This document shows, piece by piece, positions 1 through 11,560 of a stretch of DNA of 64,000 nucleotides. The translations under genes were made by a program, and so were the position numbers. The stretch covers positions 14,336,001 to 14,400,000 of the forward strand of contig CP068257.2 in the NCBI GenBank assembly GCA_009914755.4, written 5' to 3'. Source of the stretch: the human T2T-CHM13v2.0 reference genome, Homo sapiens. The notes under the pieces were generated by a model. The model was not told the origin of the DNA and searched no databases. It saw only the letters and a program-made list of their open reading frames with translations. The stretch's first letter is position 1, and each line of letters opens with the position of its first letter.

Positions 1-409
1 GAAAGGTGAATAGGAGTATGACTAGACAGAAGATAGTAGGGATGACAAGTTTTTTTTTGGGGGGCTCAGTCCAAGTTGGTCTGGTGTCTGGAATGAGACT
101 GGGGCCTAATAAAAAGGAGCGTCTATACAGGAGCTCAAATGGGCTGTACCTTGTAGCATTCTGAGGACAGGCCTGAATTCTGAGAAGGGCAAGTGGTAAA
201 AGTATTGTCCAGTCTCTTTTAATTGATGGCTGAGCATGGTGAGGTGTGTTTTAAAAAGACCATTAGTTTACTGAATACTAAGAACCTGAGAAACTACTTG
301 GGTGATTTGACTAATAAAGGCCGGTCTGCTATCGGACTGTATAGAGGTGGGAAGGCCAAACTGAGGAATTATGTCTGACAGAAGGGAAGAAATGACCGTG
401 GTGGCCTTC

Positions 410-646
410 TCAGACCCTGTGGGAAAGGCCTCTACCTATCCAGTGAAAGTGTCTACCTAGACCAAGAGGTATTTTAGTTTCCTGACTCAGGGCATGTTGA
501 GTAAAGCTAATTTGCCAGTCCTGGGCAGGGGCAAATCCCCGAGCTTGATGTGTAGGGAAGGGAGGGGGCCTGAATAATCCCTGAAGAGTAGTAGAATAGC
601 AGATAGAACACTGAGAAGTTATTTCCTTGAGGATAGATTTACACAA
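410..646 (-). pseudogene. Remnant of the integrase N-terminal/catalytic-core entry, part of ERV pol. Not an intact gene.
   Basis: The ORF translation …PAQDWQISFTQHALSQETKIPLGLG… matches the gammaretroviral IN motif (P)GxHWEIDFTE. Confidence 0.6.
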
Positions 647-1453
647 TGGAAAGGAAATGAGAGGTTATAAGAGGCGGGCTAGTGGCTTGTACTATAGCAT
701 AGCCTACCTTTGCTGGTGTGTGGCAATTAGGCCTGGTGGAACTGCCATCAATAAACCAAGTGTGATCAGGGTGAGGAACAGGAAAGAAGGAAATATGGGA
801 AAATGGGGGTGAATGTCAGATGTATCAGAGAGATACAGTCAGGAGGGTCAGGTGTGGTATCAGGAATAATGTGGGAGGCTGGATTGAAGTCTGGGCCAGG
901 AACAATGGTAATTGTGGGAGACTCAACAAAGAGTGAGTACAGCTGAAGGAGTCGGGGAGCAGAAAGTATATGTGTGAGGTGTGAGGAAGAAAACAGATTT
1001 TGGAAGTTATGAGAACTGTAGAGAGTGAGTTGAGCATAGTTTGTGATTTTGAGGGACTCTAAAAGTATTAGGGCAGCGGCGGCTGCCGCACGCAGACTTG
1101 AGGGCTAGGCTAAAACAGTAAGGTCAAGTTGTTTGGATAAAAAGGCTACAGGGCACGGTCCCAGTCCTTGTGTAAGAGTTCTGACTGCATAGCCCTGCAC
1201 TTCGGCTGTGGGTAATGAAAAGGGTTGGGATGAGTCAGGGAGAGCTGGGGTGGGGGCAGTCTCTAAAGCTGTCTTCAAGGAATGGAAAGAGAAGTGGGGA
1301 AAGGAATTAGGATCTATGGGGTCAGCTAGGTTTCCTTTTGTGAGTTTATATAATGGTTTTGTTAGGATGGCAAAACCAGATATCTAAAGTATCCAACCAC
1401 GCCTAGGAAGGAAAGGAGTTGTTGTTTTTTAGAAGGTGTTGGGGTTTGAGAGA

Positions 1454-2019
1454 TCAGTGGGACATGATCGGCAGGGAGAGCACGTGTGTTTTTATGAGAA
1501 TTATGCTGAGATAGGTAACAGATAAGGAAGAAATTTGGGCTTGACTGAAGTAATGGGAGCTGTCTGTGAAGCCTTGTGGCAGTACAGCCCAGGTAATTTG
1601 CTGAGCCTGATGGGTGTCAGGGTCAGTCCAAGTGAAAGCGAAGAGAGGCTGGGATGAAGGGTGCAAAGGAATAGTAAAGAAAGCATGTTTGAGATCCAGA
1701 ACAGAATAATGGGTTGTGGAGGGAGGTATTGAGGATAGGAGAGTATATGGGTTTGGCACCATTGGGTGGATAGGCAAAACAATTTGGTTGATAAGTTGCA
1801 GATCCTGAACTAACCTGTAAGCCTTGTCTGGATTTAGAACAGTAAAATAGGGGAATTGTAAGGGGAGTTTACAGGCTTTAAAAGGCCATGCTGTAGCAGG
1901 CGAGTGATAACAGTCTTTAATCCTTTTAAAGCATGGTGTGGGATGGGATATTGGTATTGAGTGGGGTAAGGGTGATTAGGTTTTAATGGGATGGTAAGGG
2001 GTGCATCATTTGTCACCAA
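1454..2019 (-). pseudogene. Remnant of the reverse transcriptase fingers/palm region of ERV pol. Frameshifted; YXDD box not intact.
   Basis: ORFs 1834..2019 (PLKPNHPYPTQYQYPIPHHALKGLKTVITRLLQHGLLKPVNSPYNSPILL) and 1454..1777 (VLDLKHAFFTIPLHPSSQPLFAFTW…QITWAVLPQGFTDSSHYFSQA) are classic gamma-like RT blocks. Confidence 0.8.
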
Positions 2020-2207
2020 GGAGGGAGTAGAGGTGTCCTATACTTATGGGTTAAGGTGGGGAGATAGAAGGGGATGATGTGAAGGAGGCTTTGAACTGGG
2101 GGAAAAGGCAGCAATGAGGTGTGGCTGTAGCCCAGGAATAGTCAGGGAAGCAGATAATTTAGTTGAAGTGTCTCGGCCTAATAAGGGAACTGGGCAGGTG
2201 GGGATAA

Positions 2208-2396
2208 TTAAAAGGAGTGCTTAAAAGAGTATTGTCTAAGTTGGCACCAAAGTTGGGGAGTTTTAAGAGGTTTAGAAGCCTGGCCGTCAATACCTACAAC
2301 AGTTATGGAGGCAAGGGAAACAGGCCCTTGAAAAGAAGGTAATGTGGAGTGGGTAGCCTCCGTATTGATTAAGAAGGGGACGGACTTACCTTCCAC
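2208..2396 (-). pseudogene. Remnant of the retroviral aspartic protease.
   Basis: ORF contains LINTEATHSTL, aligning to the LLDTGAxxSVL active-site loop with D->E/N degeneration. Confidence 0.6.
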
Positions 2397-2609
2397 TGTG
2401 AGAGTTACCTAGAGCATCTGTGATGGTCCTGTAGGCTTCTGAGGCAATCAGGCAGTGTCAGTCTTCAGCTGCTAAGCTGAGAAGATCAGGGAAGGAGTCA
2501 GTCAGAGAGCCTTGGGCCAGAGTTCCAGGGGCTCTGGAAGTGGCTGCCAGGTGAGTTGAACAGTCTGATTTTCAGTGGGGTCCTGCACAGATGGGACACA
2601 GCTTGGGAG

Positions 2610-2700
2610 GAATCCTGGGCTGTGGGCATTCCTTGGCCCAGTGGCCAGATTTCTGGCACTTGTAGCAAGCTCCTGGGGGAGGAGGTTCTGGAGGAACCCC
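2610..2700 (-). other. gag nucleocapsid CCHC zinc knuckle (CX2CX4HX4C) followed by a second Cys-His box. Coordinates are approximate.
   Basis: The reverse complement of ~2618-2700 reads CYKCQKSGHWAKECPQPRIPPKLCPICAGPHW. This lies in a different frame from the listed ORF, consistent with frameshifts. Confidence 0.65.
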
Positions 2701-3699
2701 TGGAAGCTGTGGTTCAGGCGTTTGGAGTTCTTGTGTGCTGGAGATGTGGCTGGGGTTTGTCTCACAGTGGAGGCAAGGAATTACAACTCAGAAATACATT
2801 GCTACTTGGCTGCCTCTACTCTATTATTGTACACCTTGAAGGGAGGTTAATTAACTCTTGTTGTGGGGTTTGAGGGCTGGAATTTAATTTTTGGAGTTTT
2901 ATTTAATGTCGGGAGCAGATTGGGTAATAAAATGTGTATTAAGAATAAGACGGCCTTTTGACCTTTTAGGGTCTAGGGCTGTAAAGTGTCTCAGGGTTGC
3001 TGCCAAACGAGTCATGAACTGGGCTGGATTTTTATATTTTATGAAAAAGAGCCTAAATGCTATCTGATTTGGGATAAAGAAAAAGGAGCATTAACCTTGA
3101 CTATGCCTTTAGCTCCAGCCACCTTCTTAAGAGGAAATTGCTGGGCAGGTCGGGGAGGGCTAGTCTCGGAACGAAACTGTAAGCCAGACCGGTGTGAGGA
3201 GGGGAGGTGATAAAAGGATTATAGGGTAGGGGAGCGGAGGCTGAGGAAGAATTGGGACCTAGCTCAGCCTGGCGAGGAGCAGCCTGGGGAGGAGGGGAGA
3301 GGTCAGATGGGTCTGTAGAAAAGGAAGACTGGAAAGAGGAAAGACTCAGCGACGCTTGGGGTTGGGACTGAGGGGACAGATGGGAGGGAAAGAAGGAAAA
3401 TTTGGACAAGTTGCATTGGGAACAGAGACTAGGGAGGGACCCATGTGTAAAAGAATGCCTGGACATCAGGCACCTCAGACCAGACCGTTTGCCTATTTTA
3501 TGACAAGAATTATTTAGATCTTATAGGATGGAAAAATCAAAAATGCCATTTTCTGGCTATTTGGAACCACTGTCGAGTTTGTACTGGGGTCAGGCAGCAT
3601 TGCAGAAGAAAATAAGGCGTTTAGGTTTTAGGTCAGGTGTGAGTTGAAGAGGTTTTAAGTCTTTGAGAACACAGGCTAAGGGAGAAGGAGGAATGGAGG

Positions 3700-3960
3700 G
3701 TGGAAGGTTGCCTATAGTGAAGAAGGCAAGTCCAGAGAAAAGAGAGGGTAGAGACATGGAGAGAAGGGGTGGGAGGTGCTTGCCCCCCAGGAAAGTGGAG
3801 AAGGGGTAGAGACATGGAGAGAAAGGGTTGAGGGGTTCTTGCACCCTAGAAAAGCGGTACTTGCCGCAAAGGGTGAAGGACCAAGGCAGGCGTCCCGGCG
3901 TGGTCAGACACCTTTGAAATGTGGGTGAATGATCAGGCAGGCATCCCTGCGTGATTAAAC
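3700..3960. repeat. Tandem sub-repeats in the ERV pre-gag leader: two ~55-bp units of the form ggtagagacatggagagaa(g/a)gggt…gg, then a duplicated caggcaggc(g/a)tccc(g/t)gcgtg motif. CpGs are retained.
   Basis: Direct repeat units visible at 3741-3795 and 3803-3855, and again at 3885-3950. Confidence 0.7.
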
Positions 3961-4294
3961 ACAAAGGAAAGACTGTCTTCCCGAGTCTGTGAATGGTGCT
4001 GGAGTTTTGGGTCCACAGATAAAACGCATCTCCTGTCTTTACGAGAAAAGGAAAGAAACTGAAATTAAGAGAAGGGAGAGATTGAAGTGTGGCGCCAAGA
4101 TTGAAAGGAGAAAGAGATTGAGGGATAGTGAGAGAGGATGGAGAAGAGAGTAAAAAGAGGCCACTTACCTGATTTAAAATTGGTGTGATGTTCCTTGGAC
4201 TGGTTGGTCTGAGGACCCGAGGTCATAGGTGGATCTTTCTCATGGAGCAAAGAGCAGGAGGACAGGGGATTGATCTCCCAAGGGAGGTCCCCCA

Positions 4295-4312
4295 ATCCGA
4301 GTGACAGCAGCA
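4295..4312 (-). other. Primer-binding site: an 18-mer complementary to the tRNA-His 3' end, degenerate (about 3 mismatches).
   Basis: Minus strand reads TGCTGCTGTCACTCGGAT against canonical TGGTGCCGTGACTCGGAT, immediately 3' of the LTR end (…cacacggacacgagtgaaa). Confidence 0.6.
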
Positions 4313-4314
4313 AA

Positions 4315-5171
4315 TTTCACTCGTGTCCGTGTGAAGAGACCACCAAGCAGGCTTTGTGTGAGCAACAAGGCTGTTTATTTCACCTGGGTGCAGACGGGCT
4401 GAGTCTGAAAAGAAAGTCAGCCAAGGGAGATAGGGATGGGGCCATTTAATAAGATTTGGGTAGGTAAAGGAAAATTACAGTCAAAGGAGGTTGTTCTCTG
4501 GGGGGCAGGGGTGGGGGTCACAGGGTGCTCAGTGGGGGAGATTTTTGAGCCAGGATGAGCCAGGAGAAGGAATTTCACAAGGTAATGTCATCAGTTAAGG
4601 CAAGGACTGGCCATTTTCACTTGTTTTGTGGTGGAATGTCATCACTTAAGGCAGGAACAGGCCATTTAAGTTTCACTTTTTTTTGTGATTCTTCAATTAC
4701 GTCAGGCCATTTGCATGTATACGTGCAGGTTACAGGGGATATGATGGCTTAGCTTGGGCTCAGAGGCCGGACACTTTTGTATAAAGCTTATTTTTCTGAG
4801 GAGTGGTGAAGATTGTAATGATGGTCCCTTCTTGTACTCTTCCCCAGTTTTGCATGACAATTGGCTAGCAAATTTGTCAATATGGTGCAATTAGTCTTGA
4901 TCCTCATGAACAAATAAATGAGAAATAAAAAAGAATATTGAAATATAAATCCATAGACCATGCAAAACTGAGAACTATGGCCCATCCAGTGAGAGACCTA
5001 GATGCTACAGGACAGATGACAGTAGCTACCTAGTTGAGGGAAACTTCTATTCTGTGGAAAGAAAGTAAGAGTAGCCTTTAGGTGCCCAGTGATATTAATC
5101 CTAATCTGCCAATTACCAGTGACATGACCTTGAGAAAGACCCCCAAGTTTTCTGGATCTTCATTACATAAA
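4315..5171 (-). mobile_element. LTR12-type (ERV9) 5' LTR. R-U5 sits next to the PBS, the TATA-like box at ~4445-4460 is mutated (tattaaa), and U3 contains tandem sub-repeats. The distal boundary is uncertain and could be as early as ~4800.
   Basis: The reverse complement of 4316-4560 closely matches the remembered LTR12 3' portion: …ccttctcctggctcatcctggctcaaaaa…cccccactgagcac…ctttgactgtaattttcctttacctacccaaatc(c)tat(a)aaa(c)ggcccc…ctcagcccg(c)ctgcacccaggtgaaataaacagcc…gctcacacaaagcctg(t)ttggtggtctcttcacacggac. The minus-strand copy begins TG right after an A17 run at 5172-5190. Confidence 0.7.
4555..4752. repeat. LTR12 U3 tandem sub-repeats: about 2.5 copies of a ~50-bp unit, atgtcatca(g/c)ttaaggca(a)gga…ggccatttt…
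   Basis: Direct repeats at 4588-4637 and 4638-4690 plus a partial third. Variable-number U3 sub-repeats are a hallmark of ERV9 LTRs (established knowledge). Confidence 0.7.
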
Positions 5172-6371
5172 TGGCAAAAAAAAAAAAAAAAAGGATTTCT
5201 CAGATGACATTTCATTATAACACTCTGTGAATGGTTTTTATTAATTATATTCTTATAAGGTTTGTATATTTTGGTTTATAAGGAAAGATCTCATTTTTAT
5301 GTTATGCAATTAACCTAAGGAAATACATAAAGAAAGGAAGACACAGCCATAAACAGTTCTGAAGGGTCATTTCTGTACGTGTCTCTTCTGGATTCTTTAT
5401 AGATATATTTAAGAGAACAAAAAGAAAAGATCAAGAAGAAAACAAAGACCAATGTTATTTAGTTACACATCTTTCAGTGTCAAAGAATTATTTGACATCT
5501 TGAAGATATTTTTCGCTAGGATTCTTGATTGGTCAGAGAATGTTGTTAAATACAAGATTTTTCTGGGAAAAGAATGACTTTTATGATAATCAATGTTCTT
5601 TGTTCAATTCCTGGACAAAAATCTTAGCCCTTCAATAACGGGCTTTTCTAATTCTGTTTTGTAATTGCAGTAAAGCGTCTTGGAGGATTTATCTCTAGTG
5701 ATACAGGCCAGCAGTATGTGGCCTTTTCTTGAACCCGTCAGAACTGTGACTTTTCTTTGAACTCTTGGCTGCTTGGTGCTACTGACCTTGTTGCTCATTT
5801 ATAACTTGGGTGCCATTTATCACTCCCAGACTTACAGATATTGTTGTGGAAAGAGACTGAATGCAATCATTCATGCCATTGCCTCTTTCTGGTGGTGCCT
5901 TCCAGCTTCCTTCCTTACAGGATAACTGATAGGGAGAGATTAGTGACAAAGCTGTAATTCTATTGAGGGATTGTGATGTAACTGTATCATAAACCATGAA
6001 GTGAGACTCCAGAGATTTGAGATCACCAGAATGCTGAGATTAAGTTACAGCAGCCACAGTCAATCTCTGTCAATATGTGTTTTGTGAGGGTTTGTAATCT
6101 GCCTGTAAAATACTAGCTACCTGTAGAAAATTCCTCTTTTTATAGTATTGACTTTATATAATTTCTGCAATTTCAGAGCTTAAAAGAAATATTGATTTTT
6201 ATTTTTACAAATACATACAGACATTTTAAAGACCATTAAGAAAGCTTGCTCTGAGTTGGTAATGTATGTTTTAATTCTGTGAAACTTTTTGTTGGTTTCT
6301 CATATGCCACTTGAAATATTTAGGTTTTAATATTTTGAAATGAAATCTTTTATGTATGTATAAAATTTTAA

Positions 6372-6570
6372 AAACTAATTTATTGAGGTGAAATCTACAT
6401 AATAAACGATTTTAAAGTAACAATTTAATGGCATTTCATGCATTCACAATGTAGTAGAACCATCACCCCATCTAGCTCCTAAACATTTCCATCACCCCAA
6501 GTTAAAACCTTGTACCCATTCAGCAGTTTCTTCCCACTTGTCCCTCTTCCTCATCCCATGTGTGAAATTT
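6372..6570 (-). mobile_element. Old L1 (L1M/L1P-type) 3'-end fragment.
   Basis: The reverse complement resembles the ancient L1 3' UTR end (…ggtgaattgtatggtatgtgaattatatctcaataaagctgtt). Ours reads …atgtagatttcacctcaataaattagttttt plus the upstream …catcaccccaag…gtacccatt… block. Confidence 0.45.
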
Positions 6571-9500
6571 TCAAATTAAAAATAAATGAATTGACTTGAT
6601 ATTTTCTTTACTTAACACTTAAAAGGAATTAAAGACATTATGTTTGATTAATCGTTTCAGTAAACTTATGCCTCTAGCCACATTTTCATAAGCCATTTGT
6701 GGGGTGGGGCTTGACCAAGTAATACAAGTCTTTGGAGGTTTTAATAGATATGATGTATTACCTTTGCCAAAGAAACTGGAGATGCTAATATAAACAGATT
6801 TCCTTACTGGAGGATTTTTTGTAGAAACCTTTCATGTGTCAATGAACTCTCCTTCTCTCAAGTCTACAGCCACAGTGTACAGCACTTCCTGAATTAATTG
6901 CCTCTTTTTTCTGGAGTATTCTGAGTCTACTGCTAAGACTCATTCAATGTAAAAAAAAAATAATAATAATCTAGGCCTAATTATGATATTGTTGGAGGAT
7001 AGTACCAGGAAATAGGAGCTTTTTACTAAAGGGATTTAAGAAATCTGAATCTGACTTTTAAAACTAGTATTCACATTATATTCTTTGTTAAAAAGAGCAA
7101 AAGTCCTGAGATACAGGGTTTCTGAAATTTCATCTAGTAAATTAAAATAGTGGTTAATATTTTGTTTTTTTAATTTTGTTTTATATTATTTTATTTTATT
7201 TTTAGAGATAGGGTCTTGCGTGGTTGTGGTTAACATTTAAAAAACTTTCATACATTATCTACATTTCTATCAGTAACCCTGAAAGCCAGGATTATTGTCC
7301 CAACTTTATGGATGGATAAACTGAAGTGCATGAGTAAATTAACTAACTACATCAAAATATCTTCCTCTAGGGTTAAATGATTTGCCCAATATCCATCCCA
7401 CAGTTCTAAATGGTGGAGTAATGATGTGGATTCAGATGCCTGTGCCTCCAAATCCTGCAGTCTTTCTTTGTACCCTGCAGCACTGCTGTGTAAGCATGAG
7501 TTTGGACTCTAGTTTTCTGGGACTTCGTTTTCATATTTATAAAAATGAAGAAACTGAATCTTCTCTAAGGTCTCTTCCAGGTTTGAAATTATATCACTTA
7601 AACCCTGTACTATTTCCTAGTCTGTTTAGAGGCTTTAGAGAAAAAAAAAAATTCATATATCAAGAATCCCAAGATCTCAATAAAAAGGTTAAACTACATT
7701 CTTGAATAAGTGAACAATTACAACAGCTGACCTTTATGTAAACCTCCCAGAACTCAGAGTGAATTATAGAATCAAAGGAGGAATTCTGCTCCATTTTTAT
7801 AAATATAGTTAAGACCAACATAAATACATGACTTGGCTTAAACACTAGGAATTCTTAGACATAGGTTGAACTTGCAAAGAAGGTATGTGTGTGTTAGCCT
7901 CTGCCTGGCCATCCTTTATCAGATAAAGAGTTAATACTGGAGCCTAGGCCTGTGTTCAGGTGGGAGGGGAATATTAATATAAATCTACCACCTTTAGAAC
8001 AGCACAGTTGTTATTTTATTAGAGGAAAAGGTGAGAGTGAATAGATGTGGTCAAATGGATTTTGTTATTTTTTCCTTTCCTACCAATAAAATATATATTT
8101 TTTCTGTTTATAAAGACCAGGCTTTTTTCCTCTTTTTTAAAAAACCTACATCTCAATTCCCAAATTTTCCTTCTTTCTGATTGTGGTAAACCCTGTTAAA
8201 ATCACTGTATCATATACATATTACCACCTATGAAAAAGATTTTATAGCTTTATTTTCTGTGGTTTGTATTATTTATTCCTATGGAACTATGAAATACTTT
8301 TTGTGTGCTTTGGAAAATTTCAAATCTCATACTAAATACGGTTCTCAAACTATATATCTCCCTTTTCTTCATCTTTTACCCTGATATTCTGCTATCACCT
8401 CTCAGCCTTGTTCTATATTTCAAATTGTGGTTAAGTGAACTCCTTAGGCTATAAAGTAAAAGTTTTGTTCTCGCTTCATTTTCGTAAGAAGGACTCCTCT
8501 CCATTATTGAATGAGGAAGCTGAAAACAGGAATTCTGCCTAGGGGAGAGTTATCTGGTAATTAAATTTGCTGTAGGTTATCTGGATCATGAAAGGAAAGG
8601 GAATAAACCCTCAGCAGATTCTATTGTTTTCAATATTTATGGCTACTAAAAACAACAGACTGCTTTTGAAGACCCAAGTGGGCTTTAACTTCACATGTGA
8701 CTTTTATAATTATGAAGAGAATCATATTAAAAAAAATGGAAACTTCATAACTTTTCCCCAAATCCATTCTTAATCTTTTGATATTTAGCATTTGCTTTTG
8801 AGGCAATTGTCTTTTCTTCAGTAGTTAACTAGAGTAAGCCAGCTAAATTTTTCACTGCCAGTTTCTGTCCATAAAATAAAAACAGTCCTCCAAAATCACT
8901 TTCAAGAACTTTATGAACTCTCACATCTTCTTCATAATTTGTAATTTCACTTAGCAATCAATTTCCACTGTCAGATTTTTACAACTCCTGAGGAGAAACT
9001 GATAGACAGGTTCCATTAGGTGGTTGATATGATGAGCAGGAATGGAAGTTAGCATGAGGTGGAAAGGAAAGTTTCAGTGAAGTCTAATTGGTTAAGACAT
9101 AATATTTATGTTGAATTTATTTGTATGATGTGGCTTCATGACAGTGGTGGGCCAGAAAATAAATATACAGGTGTCACAGACCACTTTAAACACCATAGCC
9201 TTCTGGAAAAATAATTTTATGCACTATAGTTTGTTCTTTGTATTTGAACGTTTTTCTCCTAATAAAATTGATTTTCTTCTTAGATGTATCACCACCATCC
9301 AGATTAAGCATTTGATTCCATTTGTAAGCCTACCCACATTTATCCCTTGTCCATCCACAAAGAGAGAGACATGAGAAGTGAGTATAGAGTTAGCGTCACC
9401 TATAACTAGCTCTCCTAATATATCCCAGACAGCTTACTAACCATAGAATAGGTCAAATTCTTCCTATAGATAATCTTGGATATTGACCCTCCTGTCAATG

Positions 9501-11140
9501 GACAAGCGGCTGCTCAACAGCACCTGGAGGTCTATGAAATCCTCTTAGGAACATGTGGCTTGTTCTGACACAGCAAACAGATCTATGCAAGGACTCATAA
9601 AATCTGACTGATTTATCCTAGGCAAACACTAGGATATTGCCCCCTCTGGTCCATTCTATGTGGTGGGGGCACATAACAGGCTATTCTTGCTTTTCATCAG
9701 CGATGTTCATGGAAATTGTCATGACTTATTTCATTGTCAAAAAGATTGATTTTTCCCATAGGAACAACTGTAATAGGTGGTAGATGTTGTATTTCTGACC
9801 AAGGAAGGGAAAAGCATACAACTATAAAAGTCTGCAATAATTTAAACTAGCAAAATTGTGCTCAAATCCATAGACTGGGGAGGAATGCATTAAACATACC
9901 AGTTATATAAATAAAATTTTGTTATAAATTTGATATAGAAGTATAGTTGTGATAAACACTTAACTAAATGACTGTTTTATTTGCTTTCTTAGAAATTAGA
10001 ATGTTTTTGAAATGATTTGTTTTTTTTCATCTAGCTTTACAAGCTATCCAGGAAAACTGAGTCAATGTCTTATTTTTTCTTTCTACATATTTTTCTGAAG
10101 CAAGCAGATATGTTTTGCAAAAATAATTTACAGGTTGTATTTTATTTTATTATTTTTATTTTTGCCAAGCCTGTGTATCATTATGTATTGAGTGAGACTT
10201 CCAAGAGTGTCAAAATTGAATAGTTAGTGGTGAAATTTACCAAACGCAGTTAGCTGATGGACCCTGAGGGCCTCAAATAAAAATATCCAAGGAAAACCTC
10301 TTGAAGCGAACTTTTGTGTTTCTTCATGATGGATGTGTTCTTTGAGTATGGCATGTTCAGGTTTCCAGAGCCCTGTCTGAAGATGAGGAGACTTAAAGAG
10401 GCTACCAGGTTAATCCCTCCCTGTAGGCCTTGGCATTTCTTTCTCAGACCTCCTCGCAGTTGAGCATGTTGGCACCATCTCAATGCCTACTTCCTTCCCA
10501 CCTCAGGCTGGATTAGAGAGGATTCTCTGTGATAGACACTCATGAGCCACAGACATTCTTCTCTTCTGGTCCTTCACTGCCATACCTCTTTCTAACGCAG
10601 AAACATGTGTTCCTTGTCTAGGCCAAGAATCTGGCTTATTCAGTCAAATGTATGCATTCTAAAGAAAGAATTGGTACACAGTAAATGAAGTGGGAAGTGT
10701 GAGTTAGCTTCAGAGATCATTTTACATGTTAAGCACTGAAGCATGGAAAGAATGAATGTGAACTTAGAAGCCTGCGTGAAGGATAGGACACTAGCCTAGA
10801 ACTCAGGAAAGGTGTGCTACGGATGGTTCTGCCACTTATTTGCTGTGTATATTTGAGAAAGTGTTTAAGCTCACTGCATTGCAGTTTCTTAGCTGTAAAG
10901 AGAACCAACTTTAACATTCCCGATTGTATGTTTATAAATGAGGTTTGCCTTTATTCCTTTCTGCTATATCGGAACTAGCAAATACCAAACATACAGACCA
11001 AATAAATACATAGGAATATTCAATTAACATGCTCATCTTAACTAACTTATAAAATTCTATCTTGTTTATATCTAGTTGTATTAATCAGGGTTCTCCAGAG
11101 AAACAGAGCTAAAAAAGTTCAGAGAAACAGACCCAATAAA

Positions 11141-11560
11141 TCATACATAATGTGATTAATATTAATATATAAAAAATCATATAACATATCATGATATATA
11201 TTAATATATTTTATTATATATTTATATATCATTATATATTACTATATAATAAATCATAGTATATGTAATAAAAAATTATATATTATGTATTATATAATAT
11301 AGTATATATTATAAATCATATAATATATGTAATTATACATATAGAGTATAGATGTTAATATATGATATATATACTGTATATAATTATATACATACTATGT
11401 ACATACTCTATATTATAATTATATATAGTATATATGTTTATATATGATATTATATCATAATATATACCAAATATGATACTACATAAATACTATACATTAT
11501 TGTAGTATAGAGTATATATAATATATATATCATAATATATACTATATGATTTATTATAAG
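11141..11560. repeat. ~420 bp TA-rich complex low-complexity block, (TA)n/(TATAA)n-like, rich in short palindromes.
   Basis: Almost pure A/T, with recurring tatata, atataat and tatgat motifs. Confidence 0.9.

Larger units (their letters stand above)
1..4314 (-). mobile_element. Internal region of an ERV9/HERV-9-like class I (gamma-like) provirus, 3'-truncated by the window edge. Order on the minus strand is leader/PBS, gag, protease, RT, RNase H, integrase N-terminus; env and the 3' LTR lie outside the window. Every ORF is disrupted.
   Basis: Minus-strand translations carry retroviral pol motifs. RT has VLDLKHAFFTIPL...QQITWAVLPQGFTDSSHYFSQA; protease has LINTEATHSTL (a degenerate DTGA box); gag NC has CYKCQKSGHWAKEC; integrase has QDWQISFTQ (compare MLV HWEIDFTE). 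The leader at 4060-4314 is the reverse complement of the ERV9/HERV-W-type leader as I remember it (…cgggggacctcccttgggagatcaatcccctgtcctcctgctctttgctcc…ggtaagtggcctcttttt…caatcttggcgccacacttcaatctc…). Confidence 0.85.

Noticed and set aside
2556-2873. 105-aa and 91-aa plus-strand ORFs
   Set aside because: Antisense to the ERV9 gag nucleocapsid region. They are artefacts of the GC-richer retroviral sequence.
4295-4312. tRNA gene
   Set aside because: The only tRNA-related signal is the 18-nt retroviral primer-binding site, complementary to the tRNA-His 3' end. There is no cloverleaf and no A/B box, so no tRNA gene.
5172-5190. A17 homopolymer as the poly-A tail of a plus-strand retroposon
   Set aside because: No recognisable SINE, LINE or processed-transcript body lies upstream of it. 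More likely it is the target-site A-tract or flank abutting the LTR12 end. Left as an ambiguity in the LTR boundary.
7196-7216. Alu-like start ttttagagatagggtcttgc
   Set aside because: Only ~20 bp resemble the Alu 3' end (reverse complement) and the similarity then stops. Too short to call an Alu.
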